Virus record (IMG/VR): IMGVR_UViG_3300045947_000193 | Span: 2,384-66,383 of that record | Direction: 5' to 3' (one strand) | From: a virus | DNA length: 64,000 bases | Shown: positions 47,274-57,021 of the stretch, one piece after another | Layout: the number at the start of each line of letters is the position of its first letter | How positions within the stretch are numbered: position 1 is the stretch's first letter | The notes under the pieces: model-generated | Seen by the model: only the letters and a program-made list of their open reading frames with translations | Told to the model about the DNA's origin: nothing | Databases searched by the model: none | Translations under genes and position numbers: made by a program

Positions 47274-50200
47274 ATGGTCACCCGCACAGCCCCTACGCCC
47301 CTGCCCGCCGTGGTGTATCTGCACGGCAGCGACCGCCCGCACCCGTGCTACGTGCGCCTCATGCCCCGCCTGGCCAAGGCCAAGGACATCCCGCCTGGTG
47401 CGCGCTGGATTACCGTGCACCCCAACGGCATGGAAGAGAAGGGTGTCCCGATTCTCATAGAGCCCCGAGGCGACGGCTCGTGGAGCGTCACGGCTGGCGC
47501 CGGTGGCAAGCTCAACTATCTCCGCCTGACCAACGTCAAGAGCGAAGCCGAGTACAGACAGACCGCCAGAGAGCGTGCCGAGCAACGCCGGGAAGCCCAG
47601 AAGGAGCGCGAAGCCATCACGCCGCCCGAAGTCAAAAAAGCCCAGCGCGAAGCCCGAACCGCCGTGCAGCAACAGGCCCGCATCGCGCAACGCGCCTTGA
47701 TAGAGCGCGTCAGGGCGACCCTGGGTGGGGTGAGTGCGGACCTGCCCCCGGAGCGCCTGGCTGGCCTGACCCTGGGCGCCCAGAGTCTCATAGCATCCCG
47801 CCATCACCGCAAGCAGCTCAGCGAAGCCCGCGCACAGTTGGCGGAGCAGAAGCGGACCCTGCTCCTTGACGCCGACGCGCGCGCCGCCATTGGTATGGGC
47901 GACCTGCCCCTGCATGGCAAGACGGACGCCGGGCTCTTTGGTGGTCCCACCCTGGGGCTCACCGACCTGGAGCCCGAACCGACCGGCGCCAGCCGTGGCC
48001 CCAGCCGCCGCGAGAAGGCCACCGCCAACATCATTGACGACCTGCAAAAGCTCGACGTAGACGCCACCAAGCAGGCCCTGGAGCAGCTTGACGAGCAGGA
48101 GCCCGACGCCGACACCGAGCGCGCCCGCGCCAAGTTACAGGCCCAACTGGACGCGCGCGCCCTCCTCGATACCAGCCCGGAGAATCACAAGGCCATTGTG
48201 GACCTGGTGCTCACCCCGGACAAGCAGGCCATGATTGACGACACCGTGGCTGCCCTCAACGCTGAAGGCCGGGACGAGGAAGCCGAGCGCTTACAAAACG
48301 GCTCAGCCGGGTTGCGTGCCTTGCATGCCGAAGTACGCCAGGCGAAGCAGGCCGGACTGACCGACACCGACCAGACCGCTGTGCTGAAGCAGCCCGCTGC
48401 AGACATTGTCGACATGCTCAAGCAAGAGAAAGAGGTTGCCGCCGCTGAGCAGGACGCCCGCCGCATGAAGAAGACCATAGAGACGGGTGGGGTGGTCGAC
48501 ACACAAAAAGCCTTCCGGGTGATGACCTCAGAAGCCCTGGACAAGCAGGTGATCAGCGACTTGCAGGACCAGATACGCGCGGACCTGGCACACAGCATGC
48601 TGGAACACGTCAAGGGCAAGGAAGAGACGGCCTACCGGGCTCCTATTGCCGCTGGCATGCAGAGCGCCATAGATAACTTGTCCCTGGCAGCATTAGGGAG
48701 TGCCATGCTCAGCCGGGATGTGATCGACTTTCTAGGCCCCAAAAGCTCCGCGCAACTGCTGGCCTGGCACTTGCACAACACCATCCCTGGCGAGATGGAG
48801 CGCATCCGGGAAGGCGTGGAAGCGCACCACGCCGCAACGGAGAGCAAGCTGGCGGAGGAAGCCCTCAAGGCCGCAGACCCGCTGCTCAAAGAAGCGGAGC
48901 GCATGGCCCAGACCATGACCGATGAGCCGAGCGACCTCAAGGCCGCCCTGGAACAGAACCGCCAGCGCCTGGACCTCCTGGAGCAGGCCCGTGGGCTCAT
49001 TGGCACCACCCTGGGACGCCTGGAAGGCCAGGCCCTCCTTGGGGAAGCGCTGCGCCGCCCGCCTGTGGAGCACCTGGAGGTGAGTCTAGGAACCGTGGGC
49101 AATGCCGACGTACTCATGGCCGCGCGTGCGTTAGGGCTCACCCCGGACGACTTCAGCATGGACCTGGTGGGAGGGACGCGCCTCATGACGATCCACCCGG
49201 ACGCCCTCCCCAAGCTGCTCAGTCAGACCCCCAAGGACGCCGTGCAACGCGCGCGCACGGTAGCCGACATCAAGGCCGGGAAGCACGACGAAGCCGACTG
49301 GCTCCCGGACGGCATTGTTGCCAGGCCCCTCACCGAGTTTACAGACCCCGTGCGCCAGGCCCACTATGCCACCACACCGCTGGAACTCACCGAGCAGATG
49401 AGTGAGCCCGATGCAGAGCACGCCATCCAGGCCCACGTTGCCAGCCGTGCCTACCTCGACGGCGCCGAAGATTTTAGAGACATACGCTCTGACCTGCTCA
49501 GTGCCGAGCGCCAGGCCACTATTCCCCCGGCCTTGCTGCCCACCTATCAGCGCATTGTGGAGGATGCTTTCCCCCTGGAGACCCCGCGCGCGCGGGAGCT
49601 GACGCACGAAATGGCCGGGATACGCCAGCAGCTAGAGGACCTGGAAACCCCCTCGATGTTTGGCCCACCCGCTGAGGGCGACCCCGACGCCTTGAAAAGC
49701 CGCCTGGCCGCCGCTGAGCGCGAACACGCCGAAGAGAGCCTGCCCGAGAAGCAAGAGGCAGCCCTGCACAGCCGCGCCGCGCAGTGGGTCAAGCCCTACC
49801 TGGACGCGCACCCAGAAATGACACCCCTCGATCACCAGAGTATTCCCGACACTGAAGACACGCGCCGCGCCGTGTTCCGCGCCCTGGCCAGTGTGCCAGA
49901 GGGGAGCGTGGCCTTTAAGAAGGTGGGGGAGCTAGGGGACCACGCCAGCACCAGCATGCTGCAGGAACACTTCTGGAAGCACCACAGCCCCATAAGCAAG
50001 GATGAAGCCCTAGAAGCCCGCCAGCAGCTCAAGGACCTGCCCAACCCTGGCAGAGACTGGCGCCAGTGGCAGGCCCAGCATGGCACGGGAGACGCCGCCT
50101 ACCATGCCATCCAGGCCCATCTGCAAAAAAAGGAAGAGGAGGAAGCTGGAGGGGGACTCTTTGGAGCGGTAGCAGAGCCCAACCTCATGGCCGCTGGCAA

Positions 50201-52583
50201 GCTCGACAACATAGAGGACCTGGCCACCATGGCTGGTATGATCACCGCCGACGATGCAGAGCCCATCTCCCGCGCCGCCCAACTGTACGCCTACGAGCGC
50301 GAGAACGACGCCGAGAAGCAGCAACGGATGGAGAGCCTGCAGCACCTGGTCAAGGGGCACTTGCGCGACATCTTTGACCGGCAAATTGCCAACGGGGGGA
50401 AGGGTGTCACCGCGCAAGACCGCGAGAACTACGACCGCGCCAAGCTCGCAGCGGACCCGTGGGCTGCCTACGTGCTGGCACACGGGGGAATCCGCCGCGC
50501 CAGGGAGGCACTGCTCTCTAGTGCCCGTGGCAAGTTTGCCGATGCCTTCAGCCACGCATACGGGCAGATCACCGGCGAGCCGCTGAAGACGGGCAAGCAA
50601 CGCCTGGCACAGTGGCAGGGGCATGTACGCGGGAGCATGAGCCCGGACGACCTCCTAGCGCACCTCAAGGAACAGCGTGCCAGCACCGCCAGTGCGCATG
50701 CCGCTGTGGCCCGCCGTGGCACGGGGGGACAGTTTGCAGAGGGGGAGCGCGCCGCTATCGCGACCGCCAGACAGGAGCAGGCCGCCGCGTCGCAGCTTGG
50801 CTTTTTCTCGCCCCAGCCCACCGTCACCAAGGCCGCGCGCCAGGCCGAGACCGACCGCACCACACTAGGGAAGTTGGCGGAGAATCAGCTAGGGGGAATC
50901 ATCAACCATCCGGGTTTTGCGCCCATTGTGGAGCAGATGAAGGCCACCGGAGGGCGAGGCGTCAAGCTCATGCCAGGGCTCAGTATGTCAGGCCAGTATG
51001 CCCCGCAGCAGCGCGCCGTCCGCATGATGGACGCCGCCAAACGGATAGCCATCCATGCTGGCGTAGGCAGTGGCAAGACCCTCATTGCCCTGGGGACCCA
51101 CACGCACCTGCACAACAAGGGCGACATCCACAAGACCATTATGGCCGTCCCCAGCGCCGTACAGGGCCAGCTCCCAGGGGAGATATTGCGCTATACGGAC
51201 CCTGGCAAGGTCAAATTTTTCGCGACGCCGGGTGCGGACCGTGCCACCCGCTTGCGTGCCCTGGCTGACCCCAAGACGCCGCTGGTAGTGGCCACGCATC
51301 AGAGCCTGAGAGATGACCTTGTCCACCTGGTAGCCGAGCATCAAGGCAAAAGCCCGGCAGAGGTAGCCACCTTCTTTCGCGACTCAGCGCAGAAGGACGG
51401 CCACCGCCAGGCCCTCAGAGCCGCCCTCGACAACGCCGGAATCCCGCCCAGCATTATGACCGTCCTGGACGAAGGCCACACCACGCTTGACCGCATGGGC
51501 AAAGACGACAGCCTCATGAGCAACGTCTTTACCGCGCTGTCCCACCCGGACAACTCGACGCATCACATGCTTATGACCGGCAGCCCGCTCAAGAACGATG
51601 TGAGCGAAATCTACAGCACGCTGGAAAAGTTGCACCCAGGCGAGTACACCGACCGTGACGCTTTCCTGCGGCAGTATGCGGTACTCACCCCTGCCTTACA
51701 GGAAAGCCTACAGCGCAAAGTGGCGTCGCATTTTTACGCCACGCGCGTCAGTCCGAGTGTCCCCGCGCATCATAAGGTGTTAGAGCACGACTTGAGCGAC
51801 GCCCAGAGCACCGCCGCCAACGCCGTACAGGAGCACTACGACCGGCTCCGACTGGCGCAGCAACGGGGAACGGTCGACCTCGACGCCGCGCGCGCCCTGA
51901 GCCCGAGCAGCTTTGCGCACCTCCCGGAGGACCAACACGAAGCCCGCGCGCGCCAGTTGCAAGAGAACGCTGGCCTACTCAGAGACAGTGCCCTGGCCCG
52001 CGTGATCCACAGCACCCCGCCCGCCGACAATGCCAAAATCCAGGCCATTGTGCAGCATGCCAGAATGCGCGTGGACCAGGGCAAGCCCGGTATCATCTTT
52101 GCGCACAACCGGGACGCCGTCCAACACCTGCATGACGCGCTGAAGGCCGCTGGGATACGGGTAGGCACCCTCACTGGCCAGCACACGGCTGGAGAGAAGA
52201 ACCGCGTGCGCCAGGCATTCCAGCCTGAGCAGGGCGACCCAAGTATAGATGTACTTGTGGCATCTGACGCCGGAGCCACCGGGTTGAACCTGCAACGCGG
52301 ACAATGGCTGCACCAGTATGACATTCCGCAAACGGCGATGATCAAGGAGCAGCGAGACGGACGCATCCACCGGCTAGGGCAGACCAACCCGGTAGAGCTG
52401 AGCATCTCCCGGACACGCACGCCCTACGATGCGCAAGCCTGGCAGCGCCTGCAAACCAAGCGCATGCTGGGGGAGGTGTTTCAATCGCCAGCGGACCAGC
52501 TCGACGATACCGGCCTGGCACAGTACCTGCATCACGCCGCTGTACAGCAGGATGAACGGGAGATGTTTCACCGCGCCGCCTAG
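47274..52583 (+). CDS. Giant protein with C-terminal SNF2-family helicase
   Basis: N-terminal ARWITVHPNG...GAGGKLN; AGVGSGKT, LDEGH, MTGSPLKND, SDAGATGLNLQ, EQRDGRIHRLGQ. Confidence 0.88.
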   Translation: MVTRTAPTPLPAVVYLHGSDRPHPCYVRLMPRLAKAKDIPPGARWITVHPNGMEEKGVPILIEPRGDGSWSVTAGAGGKLNYLRLTNVKSEAEYRQTARERAEQRREAQKEREAITPPEVKKAQREARTAVQQQARIAQRALIERVRATLGGVSADLPPERLAGLTLGAQSLIASRHHRKQLSEARAQLAEQKRTLLLDADARAAIGMGDLPLHGKTDAGLFGGPTLGLTDLEPEPTGASRGPSRREKATANIIDDLQKLDVDATKQALEQLDEQEPDADTERARAKLQAQLDARALLDTSPENHKAIVDLVLTPDKQAMIDDTVAALNAEGRDEEAERLQNGSAGLRALHAEVRQAKQAGLTDTDQTAVLKQPAADIVDMLKQEKEVAAAEQDARRMKKTIETGGVVDTQKAFRVMTSEALDKQVISDLQDQIRADLAHSMLEHVKGKEETAYRAPIAAGMQSAIDNLSLAALGSAMLSRDVIDFLGPKSSAQLLAWHLHNTIPGEMERIREGVEAHHAATESKLAEEALKAADPLLKEAERMAQTMTDEPSDLKAALEQNRQRLDLLEQARGLIGTTLGRLEGQALLGEALRRPPVEHLEVSLGTVGNADVLMAARALGLTPDDFSMDLVGGTRLMTIHPDALPKLLSQTPKDAVQRARTVADIKAGKHDEADWLPDGIVARPLTEFTDPVRQAHYATTPLELTEQMSEPDAEHAIQAHVASRAYLDGAEDFRDIRSDLLSAERQATIPPALLPTYQRIVEDAFPLETPRARELTHEMAGIRQQLEDLETPSMFGPPAEGDPDALKSRLAAAEREHAEESLPEKQEAALHSRAAQWVKPYLDAHPEMTPLDHQSIPDTEDTRRAVFRALASVPEGSVAFKKVGELGDHASTSMLQEHFWKHHSPISKDEALEARQQLKDLPNPGRDWRQWQAQHGTGDAAYHAIQAHLQKKEEEEAGGGLFGAVAEPNLMAAGKLDNIEDLATMAGMITADDAEPISRAAQLYAYERENDAEKQQRMESLQHLVKGHLRDIFDRQIANGGKGVTAQDRENYDRAKLAADPWAAYVLAHGGIRRAREALLSSARGKFADAFSHAYGQITGEPLKTGKQRLAQWQGHVRGSMSPDDLLAHLKEQRASTASAHAAVARRGTGGQFAEGERAAIATARQEQAAASQLGFFSPQPTVTKAARQAETDRTTLGKLAENQLGGIINHPGFAPIVEQMKATGGRGVKLMPGLSMSGQYAPQQRAVRMMDAAKRIAIHAGVGSGKTLIALGTHTHLHNKGDIHKTIMAVPSAVQGQLPGEILRYTDPGKVKFFATPGADRATRLRALADPKTPLVVATHQSLRDDLVHLVAEHQGKSPAEVATFFRDSAQKDGHRQALRAALDNAGIPPSIMTVLDEGHTTLDRMGKDDSLMSNVFTALSHPDNSTHHMLMTGSPLKNDVSEIYSTLEKLHPGEYTDRDAFLRQYAVLTPALQESLQRKVASHFYATRVSPSVPAHHKVLEHDLSDAQSTAANAVQEHYDRLRLAQQRGTVDLDAARALSPSSFAHLPEDQHEARARQLQENAGLLRDSALARVIHSTPPADNAKIQAIVQHARMRVDQGKPGIIFAHNRDAVQHLHDALKAAGIRVGTLTGQHTAGEKNRVRQAFQPEQGDPSIDVLVASDAGATGLNLQRGQWLHQYDIPQTAMIKEQRDGRIHRLGQTNPVELSISRTRTPYDAQAWQRLQTKRMLGEVFQSPADQLDDTGLAQYLHHAAVQQDEREMFHRAA

Positions 52584-52596
52584 AGAGGGGAGAAGG

Positions 52597-53821
52597 ATGG
52601 ACCTGGCAGAGGCACTGGAACGCCTCATACACACGGAATGCGACACGATCACCGTCTATGGACAAGCCCGCCATCCGTTGACAGGACGGGAGCAGAGCTG
52701 GACCGTCACCTTGATTACCAATCAGTCCAAACGCGCCCACCTGAAGCGCGTCGGAGAGGGCGCCACGGTGACGGAGGCGCTCTGCGCGGCCCTGGCGGAG
52801 GAGGGCACCACGGTAGCCGATCACGCCAAGCGCCGGAGCCATCGGAACAGCTTAGGCTTGGAAGGTATCCCCGCCAAGTATCAGGGCAAAACCTTCAAGA
52901 AGGCGCTGCGCTCACGTCTGTTGTACTAGAAAGGATGTGCCCTATGGAACCCCGCGAGCAGTTACAGGCAGCCCTGGCTGTGATCGAAGCCCACGCCCGC
53001 AGTGCGCACAAGCGACAGCAGGACCTGGAAGCGCTGGCCAGCGACAGCGACGCCCGGCTGCAGCAGGCCCTCAGCCGCTACCAGGCGATTCTGCCCGCAC
53101 TCGGAGCAGGCAAGAACCGCGCCATAGAGCGCGACTATGTCAACCGGCTGGGGGACCGTCGCAGCATGACGCTGGCGCCGATGGAGCACGAGACCCCAGG
53201 ACAGGAAGGCTGAGAGGAGGGACCATCATGGCAGAGGAGCGCGTGCGACTGATGCCCCAGGGTATCCGTCCGATAGGCATGTGCATGCAAGGCTTTGGCG
53301 TCGACGCAGAGGCACAACTCCGCGCCATGTGCAATGGTGCACTCCCCGTGGTAGGGCAGCGGTATGTCTGGCTGTGTACGGCTGTCCAGACCGACGCCGA
53401 CCCGGTCTATGCCCATTTTACCTTGATCCCCGTGGACGAGTAGAGGGGGACCCCGTGCCCGAGCAGCTCCCCACGCTGTACGTGTCTGATGGCACCCCGG
53501 CCTTTACGCACCCGCGCGCCCATGCGGGCACCCTCACCCGCTGCGTGACCGCGCACCCGGCCCCCGTGTGTACCTGTGGCATGTATGCCCTGGTCTGGCT
53601 GAAACCTGGAGAGGAGCCCCCGGATGACCGGCCCGACCGGCAATACGTGTAGACGCTGCCACAAGCGGATTGTCCGCCCTGAAGAGGACGCATTAATCCT
53701 CACCAAGGCCCTCCAGATACGCCAGGGCGTGCTGTACCTCCAGTGTCAGTGTGGCACCTGGAATGCCGCACCCTCACGCCTGTGTGACCGTCTGCGGCTC
53801 ATTTTGATCCTGACGGCCTAG
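52597..53821 (+). CDS. Small hypothetical ORFs (52597-52929, 52944-53213, 53228-53443, 53624-53821)
   Basis: RBS-led; the last is a zinc ribbon (CRRC...CQC). Confidence 0.5.
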
Positions 53822-55518
53822 CCCGCCGCGCCTTTCCTCCCCGTTCCTAGCCCCTCCTCCCACGCCAGGCCCGTCATGTCACCTCTTTACGTGATGTGTA
53901 CAAGGGGAAAATCACGCCCGCAACGCCTGGCCGCCCGCGTCAGGCCATGCCATCCATGCCTTGCCTGCCTGGCCCCGCCCGGCCCCGCGCCGCCCCGCAT
54001 GGCCTCACCATACGCTCCATGCCCTGCCCCGCCTGCCATGCGAGCCCTAGCCTGACCTGTCGACCCATGCTGCGCCTTGCCTGCCAAGCCATGCCCCACT
54101 CCGCCTCTGCAAGCCGTGCCCGCCGAGACATGCCGCGCCCGTCCTTCCTGGTCCGTGCCATCCTTGCGAAGCCTGCCACGCCGGACCGTGCCAGTGCTGG
54201 CGCCACCGGCCCTCGCGCCGCCACTCCAGGCCCGCCGTGCCATCCCGAGCGCCGCCCAGACATGCCGACCCTCGCCCAGCCTGCCACGTCACCCCTAGCG
54301 ACACCTACCACCCTTGTACTGCCATGCCAGCCGCACCGCGCCAATCCTCCCGTGCCGCACCCCTCCCTTCCTGGCGCTCCCGCGCCCGCCGTCCCGTGCC
54401 CCGCCGTCCCTAGCCTCACCGTCCTTGCCAACCCCGGCCAGGCCGCGCGGTCCCTTGCGATACCCCGCCTGCCATGCCACGCCCATCCTCACCAACCATG
54501 CCCTGCTATGCGCGTCAGAGCCTTGCCTTGTCTCGCCCGCCGCACCAATCCTCTCCCTTGCTCGCCAACGCACGACAAGCTAGGCCCGTCCTTGCCTCGC
54601 CCGCCAAGCCACGCCATGTGTAGCCTAGCCCAGCCCGCCGTCCGCGCCCGTCGACACCGCGCCAATCGAGGACGGTCGACGCCTTGCCCGCCGCCCCGCG
54701 CCTCTGCGTACCACTCCGCCCATGCCAGGCCCGCCGTGCCTATCAGCGCCTGTCCTCACCGTCCAAACCACGCCAGCCGCGCCGCTGCGCCCTCGCCCAG
54801 CCTTGGCTCACCAGTCCATGCGTCGCCTGCCTGGCCTGTCCCTACCCCTCCTCTCCGATCCAAGGTGTCCCTATCCCTGCCGAGCCTGCCACGTCTCGCC
54901 TAGTCTCTCCGCCCTCACCATGCCCTGCGCTGCCTGGCCCGCCTTGCCACTCCTTGTCAGGCCCTACCGTCCCCGCGCTGCCTGACCCTCCGCCGCCTGG
55001 CCCGCCACGTCTCGCCTGGCCTTCCGGCCCTACCCGGCCCACGCCATGCCTACCCAGCCGGTCCGACCCTCTCCCTGGCATGTCAGTGCTTGTCCAGCCA
55101 ATGCACGCCTGTCCTCCCTCGCCAAGCCGTGCCCGCCGTGCCACCTGTCCCCGCCTGACCATGCCCGTGCTCGCCACGCGGTCCGTCGCCACGCCTGCCT
55201 TGCCAGTCCTCACCCGTCCGGTCCACACCGTCCCCGCCGTGTCACGCCTGCCCACGCCAGCCCTCGCCCGCCTTGGCAATCCGCGCCTTTCCTCTCCACA
55301 CCGTCCGCGCCTTGTGACGCCTGGCCAGCCTCCCTCGCCGTGGCCACCCTCGCCATCCTTTCCGGCCCAACCCACGCCATGCCTGACATACCAGTCCGCG
55401 CCAGTCCTGGCCATTCCACCCGTGCCGGTCCGGTCCCAGCTTCGCCGGTCCCAGCCAAGCCCGCCACTCCCTGCCAGTCCCCGCCATCCAAGGCATACCT
55501 CGCCCGCCATGCCATGTC
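53818..55518 (-). repeat. Non-coding array of GG-anchored 5-nt units (GGC-NN dominant), putative guide-RNA array
   Basis: Minus strand reads e.g. GGCA GGCAA GGCGC AGCAT GGGTC; GGCG GGCGA GGCAA GGACG GGCCT; 5-nt period with recurring 4-nt GGCA/GGCG/GGCT slips; only low-complexity ORFs in six frames. Confidence 0.85.
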
Positions 55519-55533
55519 TGTGTGTTGACGGGC

Positions 55534-56034
55534 TTACGACGCGCGCCGCCGCCGTCCCCGGCGCCCACGGGCTTGCTCCCGTGCGGACGGCTCCTGCGTG
55601 GGCACTACCACCTTGGACGCCTGCGCCACCGACGCCACCAAATCCTCAAACATGCGGTACCGCCACATCCAGGCCCGTAGCCCGATAAGCGCCGTCTGCA
55701 GCATCTCCTCCCGGAGCACGTCGTCTACGAGAACCTCCTGCATCACTCGGTAGCCCCCGCCAGGCCGTCCCCGGTCTGATTGCAGCGACAGGTACACCGT
55801 CTCGACCTTGCGTGGGACCTCTGGAGGAGGCACCACATAGACCGTGCGTATGAGCCGCCGCGCCTGGTCGACGCGGTATTGATGGCCCGCTACGCGATCA
55901 TCCCACTCAAAATGTGGATGCAACGCACTGGCAGGATTACTGGCAGCTTGCACCACAGCCACCGGCTGGAGCAAGCGCTCCGGGTGCGCTGCATGGATGG
56001 CTTCCAGCTCCCTACGCACCGCCGCTGGTAGCAT
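55534..56034 (-). CDS. Accessory protein of the RAMP-like/array operon
   Basis: LQPVAVVQAASNPASALHPHFEWDD..AG.QYR..QARRLIR; RBS AGAGGAG inside the upstream gene; basic tail. Confidence 0.8.
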   Translation of the reverse strand: MLPAAVRRELEAIHAAHPERLLQPVAVVQAASNPASALHPHFEWDDRVAGHQYRVDQARRLIRTVYVVPPPEVPRKVETVYLSLQSDRGRPGGGYRVMQEVLVDDVLREEMLQTALIGLRAWMWRYRMFEDLVASVAQASKVVVPTQEPSAREQARGRRGRRRRAS

Positions 56035-56737
56035 CGGCAAACTCCTCTCTGGTGATCAGCTCGAAAAAGCCCATATCAATCCCATTACTCTGCTTGCTAT
56101 CTGCCCGGCCCTCGCCCACCGCGACCTGTGCCCCCATGCGCGTAATCAAGTTGGTAATGTCCGACTCACTGAACAAGTCCGCGTCGTAGCGCACGCGCAG
56201 CTTGACATGCCACTCTGTCCACAGCGGACGGCTGCGTATATCGGTGACTCCAGAGGCGTTGCGCACATGCATATGGTTCTCTACGGGCTCTCCGTAAATC
56301 CGTACCAGGGGTGTCCCGTCTGCCACGTCCAGGCCGTCTGCGACCACGAACACAGCCAGCTTGGCTTTGGTCATATGGTAGCCCACCGTGCGACAGGCAG
56401 AAATCATGCCGTTCCTGAAGGCACCGCACGGGATGCCACAACTCCCGTCCGCCATCTTATGCTTGGCATTCTCATAGTCTTCCGTAAAGTTGCGCGGCTC
56501 CCGGACCTTCTTCGACCGTGCCTGGGTCCCCTGTGCCTGGGTGTCCATCATTTTCTGCAAGGTCTTTTCCGAGAAGCGCAGTTGGAGATACGGCGTCGTG
56601 CCCCGCAGGTAAAACTCTAAAAAGCGCTGATTGAGGGGCTTGATACTGATGGCCGTGGCCACCGTATTCACCGGCTCCTCTGCGGGGACCGTGCCGGTGT
56701 GTTTCGCCGTCTTGCGTGGTGTCGTTGCTGTCGCCAT
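56012..56737 (-). CDS. Solitary Cas7/RAMP-like protein
   Basis: N-terminal strand LRGTTPYL, IPCGAFRNGMISAC helix, DIRSRP..TEW..KLRVRY, Gly-rich C-terminal loop MGAQVAVGEGRADSKQSNGIDMGFFEL; RBS AGGAGG. Confidence 0.7.
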   Translation of the reverse strand: MATATTPRKTAKHTGTVPAEEPVNTVATAISIKPLNQRFLEFYLRGTTPYLQLRFSEKTLQKMMDTQAQGTQARSKKVREPRNFTEDYENAKHKMADGSCGIPCGAFRNGMISACRTVGYHMTKAKLAVFVVADGLDVADGTPLVRIYGEPVENHMHVRNASGVTDIRSRPLWTEWHVKLRVRYDADLFSESDITNLITRMGAQVAVGEGRADSKQSNGIDMGFFELITREEFADATSGGA

Positions 56738-56803
56738 GGGTGTGCCTCCTTGGGACATCTGCGGATTGTGTTGTGACATCCGGGCACCATGCCCGTGCCT
56801 GGT

Positions 56804-56867
56804 ACTATATACGACGCAGCAAAAAGGGGTCAAGAACATTCGTGATAAATTATCTTGATAATGTATC
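56804..56867 (-). promoter_or_regulatory. Promoter of the RAMP-like operon plus tandem GATA-N3-TATC operator
   Basis: Minus-strand TTGACC(56833)-N18-TATAGT(56809); GATAaatTATC-TT-GATAatgTATC at 56844-56867. Confidence 0.7.
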
Positions 56868-56972
56868 TTGACGTGATAAGTGCTGGCATTGTAGGCTCTT
56901 GGCAAATTTGACGTGCTATATGCACCTGGCAATGTCGCAAACGGGCTAGCTCCCTAGCCCATGTCGCGTAAT

Positions 56973-57021
56973 GGCCGCCGTATCTGGGAGGATATTTTCC
57001 CAGGAACGGCGGCCTTTTTTT
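56973..57021 (+). terminator. Intrinsic terminator in the leader of the protease-capsid operon
   Basis: GGCCGCCGT..CTGGGA-loop-TCCCAG..ACGGCGGCC followed by T7. Confidence 0.75.

Noticed and set aside
53818-55518. Classical CRISPR array or simple microsatellite
   Set aside because: No constant 23-47 nt repeat with unique spacers, and the units are too heterogeneous for slippage expansion
53887-55688. Long Pro/Arg/Gly-rich ORFs across the pentamer array (e.g. 53896-54903, 54684-55688, 54842-55510)
   Set aside because: Open in several frames on both strands, low complexity and no convincing RBS; expected by-products of a GC-rich 5-nt repeat
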